Assembly: GCA_965219535.1 (NCBI GenBank) | Contig: CBDCNV010000002.1 | Span: forward strand, 2,280,001 to 2,312,000 | Length of the DNA: 32,000 nucleotides | Direction of reading: 5' to 3' | Source of the DNA: Opitutales bacterium | GTDB taxonomy: Bacteria; Verrucomicrobiota; Verrucomicrobiia; Opitutales; PNEW01 | Translations under genes and position numbers: made by a program | Part shown: one piece after another, positions 1 to 9,525 of the stretch | Layout of the letters: every line of letters begins with the position of its first letter | Position numbering within the stretch: the stretch's first letter is position 1 | The notes under the pieces: model-generated | Told to the model about the DNA's origin: nothing | What the model saw: the letters and a program-made list of their open reading frames with translations, nothing else | Database searches by the model: none

Positions 1-1368
1 GCTGGTATTATTGGTTTGGGGAATTTCGCAACAGCAATCTTTGCGCAATCGCAAGGCATGCGGAGATTATCGGTACCTGTTATTGCAGACGCGAACCTCG
101 ATGCAGCCCTCGAGGCGTGCCACCAAGCGGGGATTGAGAAACAGAATACTGCAATCTGTGAAAGTCGCAGTAATGCACTACAAGCGATGGAAGAGGGGAA
201 GCAGGTCATCCTGTCTGACGCGTCTTTGATGATGGACCTGCCAGTCGATATTGTGGTCGAAGCCACAGGCGTCCCTGAAATGGGTGCACACCACGGACTG
301 GAGGCGATTCGTCATGGCAAGCATATTGCAATGGTGAACAAGGAGACGGATGCTACGGTAGGTCCCATCCTTAAACACCTGGCCGACCAGGCGGGGGTCG
401 TCTACACGGCCGTCGATGGCGACCAACATGGTTTACTTATAGGTCTTGTTTCCTGGGCCTGTGAATTAGGATTGGATGTGCTCTGCGCCGGCAAGGCACG
501 CGATTCTGGTATCCTTCTCGATCCAGCGACAGGGTCTGTGTCTAAAAAGAGTGATGAGGTGGATATCAAAGATCCCCACCTTTTTCAGTTGGTAACGCCC
601 GATACTGTTTCTGCAAAAATGATGCACCGTCGGGAGGCGCTGGGGACTCTTGCGAATATAGGTTCTTTCGATGTCGAGGAACTGACGATTGCAGCCAATG
701 CAACGGGACTCGTGCCTGACACTCCTGAGTTGCACGCTCCTGTTGTCCGTACGACCGAGATCCCCCAAGTGCTTTGTCCTACGGAAGAAGGTGGAATCCT
801 CAGCAATCGAGGGGTGATAGATATGGTGACCTGTATCCATCACTATGGCGAGCCAGGCCTTGGAGGCGGGGTATTTATCGTCGTGTCCTGTGCCAACGAC
901 TACTCCAGGCGCATTCTGACGGGCAAAGGTTTAATCAGCAATCAGGCAGGTCGTTCTGCTCTCATCTATCGGCCCTACCATCTCTGCGGTGTCGAGACAT
1001 CCATTTCGATTTTGTGTGCTGTGCTTCTGGGTATTTCAACAGCACCTGTGAATTATGTACCCCATTTTGACGTAGTGCTACGGGGCTTGGCGAATTTCAA
1101 AGCTGGTGATTGCGATGAGTGGAGCCGTTACCCGGGAGTGAGCCACTCGCGTAAGTTCAAAGCTCTGATGCAACCGGTGCAATCCATAAGCTCCGGGAAA
1201 CCACTGCCCATGCAAATGCTCGCCGGGAATGTACTGGCAAAGGAAGTGAAAGTCGGCCAGATCATCACGACCGACATGGTCATCGAGCCACGCAATTCAG
1301 TGCTTTGGTCACTACGGGCGCAGCAGGAAGAACACTTCCTAGGAAAAGCTAACAATGACCCATTTTGA
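1..1368 (+). CDS. NAD(P)-binding oxidoreductase, homoserine-dehydrogenase-like with C-terminal SAF domain (5' end cut by window edge)
   Basis: The frame is open from nt 1 (AGIIGLGNFA, a glycine-rich dinucleotide-binding start), so the listed Met at 16 is not the real start. The core VVEATGVPEMGAHHGLEAIRHGKHIAMVNKE...DGDQHGL and the C-terminal GKPLPMQMLAGNVLAKEVKVGQIITTDMV match my recollection of the COG4091-type 'homoserine dehydrogenase-like with SAF domain' proteins. Confidence 0.75.
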   Translation, partial: AGIIGLGNFATAIFAQSQGMRRLSVPVIADANLDAALEACHQAGIEKQNTAICESRSNALQAMEEGKQVILSDASLMMDLPVDIVVEATGVPEMGAHHGLEAIRHGKHIAMVNKETDATVGPILKHLADQAGVVYTAVDGDQHGLLIGLVSWACELGLDVLCAGKARDSGILLDPATGSVSKKSDEVDIKDPHLFQLVTPDTVSAKMMHRREALGTLANIGSFDVEELTIAANATGLVPDTPELHAPVVRTTEIPQVLCPTEEGGILSNRGVIDMVTCIHHYGEPGLGGGVFIVVSCANDYSRRILTGKGLISNQAGRSALIYRPYHLCGVETSISILCAVLLGISTAPVNYVPHFDVVLRGLANFKAGDCDEWSRYPGVSHSRKFKALMQPVQSISSGKPLPMQMLAGNVLAKEVKVGQIITTDMVIEPRNSVLWSLRAQQEEHFLGKANNDPF

Positions 1369-1479
1369 CTTCCTTCTGTTTCGTGAAAGTGCTTGCTTAG
1401 GGTTATCCGATTCAGGACGATTTTGTTTTCACAAAGATATCGAATATCATAAATTTCAACGGAGTAGAGGAGTTCAAAA

Positions 1480-2451
1480 ATGCCAGACCTGGAAGTCCGC
1501 CGATTAGGACGCACAGAGATGAAAACGAAGGCGCTTGGATTGGGTTGCGGACATCTGGGTTATCCGCAGCGGCCGGATGAAGAGGCGATGGCAACGATTC
1601 GTGAAGCTATAGAGCAGGGGATCGATTTTGTCGATACGTCTCCGTTCTACGAGGAAAGCGAGTATCGTGTAGGATTGGCATTGGCTGGCGGTTGGCGAGA
1701 AAAGGTCTACCTTCAAACCAAGGTGGGTTCTCATCCACGGTTCCTCCGCGATTTTTCAAAAGAAGCGACGACGTGGAGCTTGGAGAACAGCTTGAAGCAG
1801 CTTCAGACAGAGTACCTGGATTCAGTGTTGATTCACGGTCCGCGCTACGACATTGAAGCACCGTTAGGTGAGTGTTTGGATGTATTGGTAGAATGGAAGT
1901 CGAAAGGGCGCATCGGTCACATTGGCATCGGTGTGCGCCAACCTGAATTTCATCGCCGGGCGATTGAAACGGGCGAAATAGATATTGTGCTGTCTTTCCT
2001 GGACTACACCCTGCTTTCTAATTCCCTCGCCCAAACGACAATTCCTTTTGCGCTGGAAAATGACATAGGAATCATTCTGGGCAGTCCATTGGGTGCCTCA
2101 CTTCTCGCAGGTCCAGAACCGGACACCCAAGGCATAAAAGAGCTGGAACCCGATGAAAACGGGATTGTTCCCCCTTCGATCATAGGTGGGCCGACAGACC
2201 CCGCCGTTGTAACTTATGCACACCAGATGTGGCAGTGGTGCAAAGAACAGGGTTTGAACATTCGCGACCTGGCGATGCAGTTTGCTCTTAATGCACCGGT
2301 CAAAGGCAATGGCATTGTTCTGACTGGGCCGGCCAATCCGAAGGAATTTCACGAGGTATATGCGAGCGCCACCACGACGGTGTCGGAAAATGTGTGGCAG
2401 GACTTTGAGGCCACCTTTGGAGTAAGGATTCAAGCAGGGATTTCAACATAG
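1480..2451 (+). CDS. aldo/keto reductase family oxidoreductase
   Basis: 323-aa ORF with an AKR-like layout: RRLGRT..ALGLGCGHLG, GIDFVDTSPFYEESEYRVGLAL, LDSVLIHGP and a C-terminal IVLTGPANPKEF. Confidence 0.9.
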   Translation: MPDLEVRRLGRTEMKTKALGLGCGHLGYPQRPDEEAMATIREAIEQGIDFVDTSPFYEESEYRVGLALAGGWREKVYLQTKVGSHPRFLRDFSKEATTWSLENSLKQLQTEYLDSVLIHGPRYDIEAPLGECLDVLVEWKSKGRIGHIGIGVRQPEFHRRAIETGEIDIVLSFLDYTLLSNSLAQTTIPFALENDIGIILGSPLGASLLAGPEPDTQGIKELEPDENGIVPPSIIGGPTDPAVVTYAHQMWQWCKEQGLNIRDLAMQFALNAPVKGNGIVLTGPANPKEFHEVYASATTTVSENVWQDFEATFGVRIQAGIST

Positions 2452-2490
2452 TTTAAATTATATTTTGTTTCTATAATTCTCTTGCCTCTA

Positions 2491-2532
2491 TCTCATTCAA
2501 TCAGCAATCGAAAATCCGCAATCCGAAATTGA
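2491..2532 (+). repeat. short CAATC-rich motif directly upstream of the sulfatase start codon; second copy at 23755-23792
   Basis: tctcattcaatcagcaatcgaaaatccgcaatccgaaattga here versus tctcaatcgcaaatcgccaatcgaaaatccacaattga at 23755-23792. The cores gcaatcgaaaatccgcaat and ccaatcgaaaatccacaat match at 17 of 19 positions. Confidence 0.5.
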
Positions 2533-2533
2533 A

Positions 2534-4006
2534 ATGACCTCTCGCCCGAATGTGCTCCTCATTGTGACAGATGAACAGCGGTATGACACGCTGGGTTGCA
2601 CGGGCCGCGAGCGTATCTCGACTCCGAACATCGATGGGTTGGCCGCGAATGGAATGCTCTTCGAAAATGCTTTCTGCACAACGCCCATCTGCACACCCGC
2701 GAGGACTTCCATTTTCTCAGGTCTCTATCCGCATACCCACGGAATGATTGCGAACCATCAAATGAGACCCGGTTGTGATCAGATGTTGATGCGTAAAGAT
2801 CTGAAACTCATTGCTGACTACCTAAAACCAGCAGGCTATTTCTGCGGCTACACGGGAAAATGGCATATGGGTTCCGGATACGACAGGAGAGGATTCTCAG
2901 CCTTTAAAGCCGCACATTTTAATTTCGATGTGGACCAGCCGGAAGAGAATGAAATCATTCAACATGCAAAAAAAATTGGAGTGGAGGTTACCGGCCGTCA
3001 TCAAGGTGGAATTGATCCCAACTGGGATAAGTATGACGAGACGATTTTTTTCGGGCCGTCCCGGTTTGGACTTGCCGATCACCCTGCATCGCTGATGTGT
3101 GATCGCGCTGTAGAGTTCATCCATGATGCATCTTCATTGGATCAACCATTTATGCTGGTGTGGAGCACCCATGAACCCCATCCGCCCTGGGTCTGCCCGG
3201 AGCCTTTTATCAGCATGTACAACTCCGATGAGATGATCCTTCCCGAAACCCTGAGAGATACTTATACCGCGACCCATCTCAAGGATCGCCTGCTGGAAGG
3301 TCATTTGCAATCGGTTGAGCAATGGAATGACGATCAGTTACGACAAATGTGGGCGGGCTATTTAGGCGAAGTCAGTTTCGTTGATTTTTTGACCGGACGG
3401 TTAATGGCGGCACTCCATCAAAAAGACCTCTTTGATAATACACTTATTATATTCACTTCGGATCACGGCGAGCTGCTGGGAAGCCACGGTTTTATTTACA
3501 AAAGTGCGTTAATGTTCGAGGAGCTGATTCACATCCCTTTAATTATTGTTCCTCCAGGCGGGGATAAAAAATCGGCGCGCTCTCCGGAACTTGTCTCTCA
3601 TGTCGACCTTATGCCGACGATTTTGAATTACTGTGGTGTTGAACCCCCGGAGGAACTTCACGGTGTATCCATCACCCCGCTCATCGAAGGGGATACACAA
3701 CCCGTGAGAGAAGGTTTAGCGGGAGAATATCATTCCTGTAGCTGGGCGGAAGATCCGGTGACACCCTTGCGAATGTGGCGAACCAGAAATTATAAATACA
3801 TCGAATCCCAGAATGGGATTAATGAATTCTATAACCTTGTTGAGGATCCTCACGAGAAGAACAACCTGATTGACGATCCTCACTACGAGGAGCAAATCAA
3901 TGAAATGCGGTCAGCTCTCTCGGATTGGTTAAAGAAGACTGGGGATACCTGGCCAGACGTTCCAGAACCCCCTGCCGGATTTCGCAGAACCGAACCACTC
4001 CCATAG
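2534..4006 (+). CDS. sulfatase (formylglycine-dependent, Cys-type)
   Basis: PNVLLIVTDEQRYD N-terminus, CTPARTSIFSG (C-x-P-x-R formylglycine motif), GKWHMG, IIFTSDHGELLG. No signal peptide is obvious. Confidence 0.93.
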   Translation: MTSRPNVLLIVTDEQRYDTLGCTGRERISTPNIDGLAANGMLFENAFCTTPICTPARTSIFSGLYPHTHGMIANHQMRPGCDQMLMRKDLKLIADYLKPAGYFCGYTGKWHMGSGYDRRGFSAFKAAHFNFDVDQPEENEIIQHAKKIGVEVTGRHQGGIDPNWDKYDETIFFGPSRFGLADHPASLMCDRAVEFIHDASSLDQPFMLVWSTHEPHPPWVCPEPFISMYNSDEMILPETLRDTYTATHLKDRLLEGHLQSVEQWNDDQLRQMWAGYLGEVSFVDFLTGRLMAALHQKDLFDNTLIIFTSDHGELLGSHGFIYKSALMFEELIHIPLIIVPPGGDKKSARSPELVSHVDLMPTILNYCGVEPPEELHGVSITPLIEGDTQPVREGLAGEYHSCSWAEDPVTPLRMWRTRNYKYIESQNGINEFYNLVEDPHEKNNLIDDPHYEEQINEMRSALSDWLKKTGDTWPDVPEPPAGFRRTEPLP

Positions 4007-4092
4007 AATATTTAAAATATTAAGATCGGGGAGAGTGGAAATTGCAAAAAGATCGACCTGACCCCTTTAGTATTTTAAGGATTACTTGAAAA

Positions 4093-4788
4093 ATGAGTCC
4101 GGTTGCCAATCCCAATCCAGCACATCGCCAACGGTACCTGGACAATGGTTTTGAATTTTACGAAAATCTTCTCAGCCATGATGAAGCGATTGAACTCTTA
4201 GAACTGTTGCGCCCAGCCCTGGATGGTGAATTAGGGCATGTCGGTTTCGGAGAGGAAGGCAATACGGATATTAAACACGGCCGGCAACAGCAGATTAGCA
4301 TCAGCGGCGATGGGCCGATTCCGAAATTAGCTGAGCATCCCTACCGTCACCGAGCCCAACAATTAGCTGAGTATCTCGCAGGTTATCCGTTACGGTTTTC
4401 CTACGGGCAGATAATTGCCAAACCGGCACAATACAACGCCCGGGAGCAATGGCACCAAGACGGTCACTATTGGCAAGGTCATACTGCGAGTGAAGCCGGC
4501 ATCACCTGTTGGGTCGCGTTGACGGCGTGCAATCCGAGAAACGGTGCTGTGGGATATGTGACAGGTAGCCACCGGACGGGTATTCATCAACACGCAAATG
4601 TTGTTGGCAAGTATGAGATCCACCGTGCCTTCGAGGTATCGGAACCCGCCTCAGACAAGGTGGTGTACGCCCACTTAGCTCCAGGTGACGCGGCATTTCA
4701 TCACAGCTTATGCATTCACGGTTCGTCTGGTAACCAGACCGATCAGCCGCGCATCGGCATTGTCTCCCATTTCTTCCCAGTCGAGTGA
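4093..4788 (+). CDS. phytanoyl-CoA dioxygenase (PhyH) family Fe(II)/2-oxoglutarate oxygenase
   Basis: WHQDGHYW (H-x-D iron ligands), VTGSHRTG, a distal His in FHHSLCIHGS, and RIGIVSHF (2OG-binding Arg region). Confidence 0.85.
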   Translation: MSPVANPNPAHRQRYLDNGFEFYENLLSHDEAIELLELLRPALDGELGHVGFGEEGNTDIKHGRQQQISISGDGPIPKLAEHPYRHRAQQLAEYLAGYPLRFSYGQIIAKPAQYNAREQWHQDGHYWQGHTASEAGITCWVALTACNPRNGAVGYVTGSHRTGIHQHANVVGKYEIHRAFEVSEPASDKVVYAHLAPGDAAFHHSLCIHGSSGNQTDQPRIGIVSHFFPVE

Positions 4789-4910
4789 GTATAAAACAAT
4801 CCAAATCGAAATCGCTATCGGGTTCGGGATCGATTCCGATAGCGATTTCAATCCCGATGAAAGATAATCCCAAGCAGATGGTGGAGTTTACGCTTAACGG
4901 CGCGCCCTGG
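4789..4910 (+). repeat. modular intergenic repeat, copy A (H + T modules)
   Basis: Starts 1 nt after the PhyH stop with gtataaaacaatccaaatcgaaatcg. It has a perfect 14-bp inverted repeat, gaaatcgctatcgg (4808-4821) / ccgatagcgatttc (4836-4849). The tail gatgaaagataatcccaagcagatggtggagtttacgcttaacgg is nearly identical to the tail of copy B. Confidence 0.85.
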
Positions 4911-4959
4911 GGGAAAAATTCTCTGGAAGCGTTATACATATACAATCAGAAAAGATAAC

Positions 4960-6261
4960 ATGAAAGAGCTACAACTTTTCGGCGGCTTCGCTCGAACCGA
5001 CATCACGCCCGAACTCGGTATTCTATTGATGGGTTATCCCGATCCAGACCGGAAAGCGGAGTCTGTCCGCGACCCATTGCAGGCAAACGCACTTGTCTTG
5101 AAGCAAGGAGAGACGACAGCAGTCCTGATCAGTTTAACGATCTGCATTCTTGAAGACACCGATGTAGAAAGGATCCGGCTGGGTATTCTGGAACAGACCG
5201 GCATAGACGCGGAGAGAATTGTGGTCTCTACTATTCAGACGCATTCCGCTCCCTGCACCATGACGTGTTGGGGGTGGTGCGATAAGGACGAGACCTACGT
5301 CGATCTTATCGTGAACCAGAGCATCAAAGCGGCGGTGAAAGCCAGTCAGAACCTGAAGGAAATTCAGGTCGGCTTTGGGAAGACGGAAAGTGATGTAGGC
5401 GTGAATCGTAGAGTGATCCTGGCCGACCACTCGGTTGCTCTGGGGAACAACCCCTGGGGGATCTACGATCCGGAAATGACTGTTGTCTGTTTTCAGAGCG
5501 CTGACGGTCCACTAGCAACCCTGATTCACTACGGCGCACATCCCACCGTCTTTACAAGCAAGAGCAGAGCGATTTCTCGTGATTGGCCTGGGGTCATGAT
5601 CGATCGGGTTGAAGACCTTACTGGCGCTCCAGCGCTTTTCGTAAACGCTGCAGTGGGCGACATAGCTCCCCGGAGCAATTTCCTCGGTGCGGTCGGAGAT
5701 GGAGAAGGAGCATTGCAAGAGGTCGGCACCCGGGCGGGAATGGATGCGATGCGAGCCATCCGGACGATCAAGGAATTCCGCAACGTGGAGCTGGGCATCA
5801 CGACAGGAGCATACCAATTACCCTACAGGTCTTTGCCCCCGGAGGAAGAAGCGAGTCGTAATCTTGCAGAAGCTGAACCTCACCGGAACGAATACGGTAA
5901 AGGCATGTGTGAATATAAATATTGGCAAGCCGTCGTCAGCGCTCAGCAGACCGCGCCAGTCTCCGGCAAGAACTATTTTCAGGTCATTCTGCGTCTTGGC
6001 CCAGTTGCGATAGTGCCGTTTCCGGGAGAGCCATTTGCTGAAATAGTCCTTCGCCTTCGTGATCTCAGTCCTGCCCAATACACGCTTTGTGCCAGTACAT
6101 CTTGTGGAAGCAACGGGTACTTCGTTACGCGTGAGTCCTTGGACCGCGGTGGGTATGAGGTCTGGGTAGCTAGAGCGATGGGGGCGTATATCCTTGCGGA
6201 GAATATTGATGATGTGCTGGTAGAGGAAAACATGAAGCTTCTTACCAAAGCCTACGCATAA
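4960..6261 (+). CDS. neutral/alkaline ceramidase-like N-terminal-domain hydrolase
   Basis: The N-terminus GFARTDITPELGILLMGYPDPDRKAESVRDPLQANALVL..TTAVLISLTICIL resembles bacterial 'neutral ceramidase N-terminal domain' proteins. This is recognised from memory only. Confidence 0.7.
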   Translation: MKELQLFGGFARTDITPELGILLMGYPDPDRKAESVRDPLQANALVLKQGETTAVLISLTICILEDTDVERIRLGILEQTGIDAERIVVSTIQTHSAPCTMTCWGWCDKDETYVDLIVNQSIKAAVKASQNLKEIQVGFGKTESDVGVNRRVILADHSVALGNNPWGIYDPEMTVVCFQSADGPLATLIHYGAHPTVFTSKSRAISRDWPGVMIDRVEDLTGAPALFVNAAVGDIAPRSNFLGAVGDGEGALQEVGTRAGMDAMRAIRTIKEFRNVELGITTGAYQLPYRSLPPEEEASRNLAEAEPHRNEYGKGMCEYKYWQAVVSAQQTAPVSGKNYFQVILRLGPVAIVPFPGEPFAEIVLRLRDLSPAQYTLCASTSCGSNGYFVTRESLDRGGYEVWVARAMGAYILAENIDDVLVEENMKLLTKAYA

Positions 6262-6339
6262 GGAAACGAATAAGAAGCAGGATGCAGGTGTCAGTTTATT
6301 GTCGCTCCTGATCCACGACTTTAGTAGGGTAGAGTGATC

Positions 6340-6705
6340 ATGAATTACGAAGCAATTAATTTGAAAAACAAACTCTCCAAATTTGATGAGCATTGGTCTC
6401 CCCGGGTCATCGCGGAGATGAATGACTATCAATTTAAATTAGCAAAAGGGGAAGGGGAGTTTGTCTGGCATGATCACCCGGATACAGATGAAGTCTTCAT
6501 CGTAATTGAAGGCACATTTGAAATTGAATTTAGAGATGGAAAAGTTACTCTGAATGAAGGTGAAATGTTCGTTGTCCCAAAAGGAGTTGAGCACAAGCCT
6601 TTCGCCAAAGGATTATGCCAGGTTTTAGTGATTGAGCCTAGAGGCGTCACAAACACCGGTAATACAGGTGGAGCACTTACAGCAGAAAATGACGTATGGG
6701 TATAA
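6340..6705 (+). CDS. cupin domain protein
   Basis: Cupin motifs [15 protein letters not shown] and [15 protein letters not shown] prefer the ATG at 6340 over the GTG at 6334. The gene is visibly AT-rich compared with its upstream neighbours. Confidence 0.85.
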   Translation: MNYEAINLKNKLSKFDEHWSPRVIAEMNDYQFKLAKGEGEFVWHDHPDTDEVFIVIEGTFEIEFRDGKVTLNEGEMFVVPKGVEHKPFAKGLCQVLVIEPRGVTNTGNTGGALTAENDVWV

Positions 6706-6739
6706 AGCAGCTGAGAAATTAATTTACGCGGACCAGGGT

Positions 6740-7495
6740 ATGAATTCGAAACTATATTCAATGCTAAGCATTGTCATTAAAACATTTGAAAGACCCTATT
6801 GTACAAATCGAATAATAGATTCTATTTTTCATTACTACCCAAAGATGAAGGTTATTGTCGCGGATGACAGCCGTAATCCAGGTGAAAGTGATGCAGTTAA
6901 TTACCATAAACTCCCTTTTAATTCAGGCATAAGTTACGGGCGAAATTTTTTAATAAACCAAGTTAAAACAAAATATTTTTTACTCTTAGATGATGATTTC
7001 ATTTTTACGGAAAAGACAGATCTCAATACATTGTTAAATATTTTAGAGGGTAATGATGTTGATTTGGTGGCTGGGAATATTATGGAGAACATGAAATTAC
7101 GGGACTTATCGGGTATTGGCGTCATGAGACAAGAGGGAGGGACCTTGTATATAACGAGAAAAGAATATTCAGGTAAGCATTTGAATTATTACACCTGTGA
7201 TTTTGTACCCAATTTTTTTATGGCTAACACCGAGCGGATTAAAGAAGCAGGAGCTTGGGATAATGAATTGAAGGTTCAAGAGCACTGGGCATTTTTTTAC
7301 AAAATAAGAGGTAAAGTAAAAACGGCGTTTTGTCCTGCAGTTGAAATTGAACACAAAAGAGAAACCAACGAAAGATACGAGCGCTTTAATGGTAATATTG
7401 TGGATCTGACAGATCAACAGGTATTGGGAAAGCACATGTATAACCTAGAAAAAGTAATTTTTTTGCAAGACGGCAAGATAGGACAAAATTTCTAA
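6740..7495 (+). CDS. glycosyltransferase family 2-like protein
   Basis: LSIVIKTFERP...KVIVADDS and LLLDDDFIF (GT-A fold with a D-x-D-type motif). The long ORF from 6632 overlaps the cupin gene, so I prefer the ATG at 6740 (or 6761). The gene is AT-rich. Confidence 0.75.
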   Translation: MNSKLYSMLSIVIKTFERPYCTNRIIDSIFHYYPKMKVIVADDSRNPGESDAVNYHKLPFNSGISYGRNFLINQVKTKYFLLLDDDFIFTEKTDLNTLLNILEGNDVDLVAGNIMENMKLRDLSGIGVMRQEGGTLYITRKEYSGKHLNYYTCDFVPNFFMANTERIKEAGAWDNELKVQEHWAFFYKIRGKVKTAFCPAVEIEHKRETNERYERFNGNIVDLTDQQVLGKHMYNLEKVIFLQDGKIGQNF

Positions 7496-7505
7496 AAAGT
7501 TCAAT

Positions 7506-7815
7506 AGGGGTCAGGCTGTGCATATATCAGTTATTAACCTAGATCACATTATCCCGGTACGCTTTTTTTAAAAATTTAGAATTACTTGTTGTAAGTAAAA
7601 CAATCCAAATCGAAATCGGAATCGAAACCCAAATCGATCCCGATGAAAGATAATCCCAATCAGACGGTGGAGTTTGCGCCTAACGACGGGCCTCACTTTT
7701 AGCATTATTAGGCTAAGATTCTTTAAAGGATAAGCTATTTAAACTATTAGTTGCCAACCTTGACAATAATTTCATCTATCCGTGATTATACAGAACCTTA
7801 AAATTAATTATTTGT
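7506..7815 (+). repeat. modular intergenic repeat, copy B (P-H-T followed by a second P module)
   Basis: The unit starts with GGGGTCAGGC at 7507. TAGAAT (7577-7582) is followed by TACTTGTTGTAAGTAAAAC. A hexamer-periodic stretch covers 7601-7646. The tail contains GGTGGAGTTTGCGCCTAACG and TTAGCATTATTAGGCTAAG (7647-7730). A second promoter-like module has TTGACA (7760-7765) and TAAAAT (7799-7804). Confidence 0.85.
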
Positions 7816-7846
7816 TTAACGACATCCAAACCCGGGACCCAAACTC

Positions 7847-8854
7847 ATGGCAATTGATTCGCAAGCTTATACAACGATCGACTACGACAAGGACGGGAAA
7901 CAATTCGGTAGACTGGATGTGCCGCTATCGACTAACCGTTCAGGATGGGCGACCCTCTTCGTCGATGTCGCCGTAGTCAAGAACGGCGATGGACCCACTG
8001 CGGTCTTGTTCGGCGGCAACCATGGCGATGAATACGAGGGGCCGACGGCGTTGATGAAACTAGCGAAACGCCTGACCCCGGATCAAATCACCGGCCGCGT
8101 CATCATTGTACCTGCGCTCAACCCGCCGGCCGTCGATGCCGGCACCCGCCACTCGCCGATTGATGGCCGCAACATGAATCGCGCCTTCCCGGGGCATCGT
8201 GACGAGGTCTCGGTGACAGGTATCATCGCCCATTATATGGCGCACGAGATCATTCCGAAAGCGGATCTCGTAGTGGATATTCATTCCGGCGCGGTCACCG
8301 CGCATTGGCTTCCCTGCGTCAATATGCATCATGTACCGGATGACAAGCAGATGGGACAAATGATCGAGACTGCCAAAGTGTGGGGCACGCCGTACGTTTT
8401 TATTTACCAGGATATCGCGGGTAGCGGTCTTTTGCCGGGCTACGCGGAATCGCTGGGCAAGATAACCCTGGGCACGGAGATCGGAGGATCAGCACAATAC
8501 GGCAGAGAAATGGTGGCGATCACAGAAACCGGTGTCGATAACGTCCTGCGCCACGTTGGTATTCTGAGCGGTGAAATTTCGAAGCCGGAAGGCGAGCCGC
8601 ATGTTGTCGCGGCCGACCGCCACGAGGACTATGTCATGGCACCCGTTGGCGGGGTGTTCGAACCGTTTGTCGAGCTCTCGGATCACATCGAAGACGGCCA
8701 GGCGCTTGGGCAAATTCATTCGCTGGAGCGCCCGTTCGACGACCCGTATCCGGTACTCGCGGAGACCAACGGCATGGTGATTTCACGCCGATCGTTTCCG
8801 CGTACGCAGCGTGGGGATTACCTGGTTGCAATCGTGCGGCCATGGAGTGGGTGA
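7847..8854 (+). CDS. succinylglutamate desuccinylase/aspartoacylase (AstE/AspA) family zinc deacylase
   Basis: FGGNHGDEYEGPTALMKL, RNMNRAFPG and VVDIHSG are typical of this M14-like family. Confidence 0.88.
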   Translation: MAIDSQAYTTIDYDKDGKQFGRLDVPLSTNRSGWATLFVDVAVVKNGDGPTAVLFGGNHGDEYEGPTALMKLAKRLTPDQITGRVIIVPALNPPAVDAGTRHSPIDGRNMNRAFPGHRDEVSVTGIIAHYMAHEIIPKADLVVDIHSGAVTAHWLPCVNMHHVPDDKQMGQMIETAKVWGTPYVFIYQDIAGSGLLPGYAESLGKITLGTEIGGSAQYGREMVAITETGVDNVLRHVGILSGEISKPEGEPHVVAADRHEDYVMAPVGGVFEPFVELSDHIEDGQALGQIHSLERPFDDPYPVLAETNGMVISRRSFPRTQRGDYLVAIVRPWSG

Positions 8855-8919
8855 TGGGTTTTTAGGATGTGCCGCGCCGCTGAGCTTGACCGCAATAGAT
8901 GCAGAAAAAAGGAGATGAA

Positions 8920-9486
8920 ATGAAAATCGTGTTAATCGGGGACTCGATACGGATAGGGTATCAACCACTGGTGATGAAGAAGTGTAAGAAAGCTGAGGTA
9001 TGGGGGCCTACGGAGAATTGTCGACATAGCCTCTGGGTCCTCGATCATTTTCAGGAATGGGTTGCCGACGAGGATCCGGATGTGATTCATGTTAACTTTG
9101 GCATACACGATTGCATCCCAATGGCTGACGGGGACCACCAGATTCTGCTTCCTCAGTACCGGCTCTCCCTCAAACGGGTAATTGAAAAAGTCAAAGAGCT
9201 TGAGAAGACACAGATGATCTGGGCCACCACCACGCCGCTATACACTTCCGAGCAGAATAAACCGATGAACGAGTGGCAGATCAGGGGTAATGCCAAGCTT
9301 AAGGAATACAACGATGCCGCGCTCGAGATCGTACAGGCTGAAGGTATACCGGTGAACGATCTACACGAGGTCATTATGAGTAATGACTACACCAAGTGCC
9401 TCATTGAGGACGGATGCCATATGACCGAATTAGGAAACGTGGTTTTGTCGGATGCCGTGGTCAAAGCGACTGAGGCGTTGCTGTAG
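8920..9486 (+). CDS. SGNH/GDSL-type hydrolase
   Basis: KIVLIGDSI (block I G-D-S) and DGCHMTELG (block V D-x-x-H). AAGGAG at 8909-8914 lies 5 nt before the ATG at 8920, so I prefer that start over 8899. Confidence 0.8.
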   Translation: MKIVLIGDSIRIGYQPLVMKKCKKAEVWGPTENCRHSLWVLDHFQEWVADEDPDVIHVNFGIHDCIPMADGDHQILLPQYRLSLKRVIEKVKELEKTQMIWATTTPLYTSEQNKPMNEWQIRGNAKLKEYNDAALEIVQAEGIPVNDLHEVIMSNDYTKCLIEDGCHMTELGNVVLSDAVVKATEALL

Positions 9487-9525
9487 GTGACACAAACGAT
9501 ACCTCCGACGAATTCATAAATAGTA

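Noticed and set aside
4502-6432. Long minus-strand ORFs from the track (4502-4945, 5818-6432; likewise 15340-15765, 17172-17789, 17705-18223, 19318-19701)
   Set aside because: They lie antisense to well-supported plus-strand or MFS genes, or run through repeat units. They have no recognisable motifs and odd low-complexity composition, so they look like shadow ORFs.
6632-6739. N-terminal extensions offered by the ORF track (6632 for the GT2, 8899 for SGNH, 11914 for the unknown gene, 13835 for GNAT, 17133 for DegT)
   Set aside because: Each extension overlaps the preceding gene or a repeat/promoter-like module. An internal ATG fits the conserved N-terminus of the family or follows a Shine-Dalgarno-like sequence.
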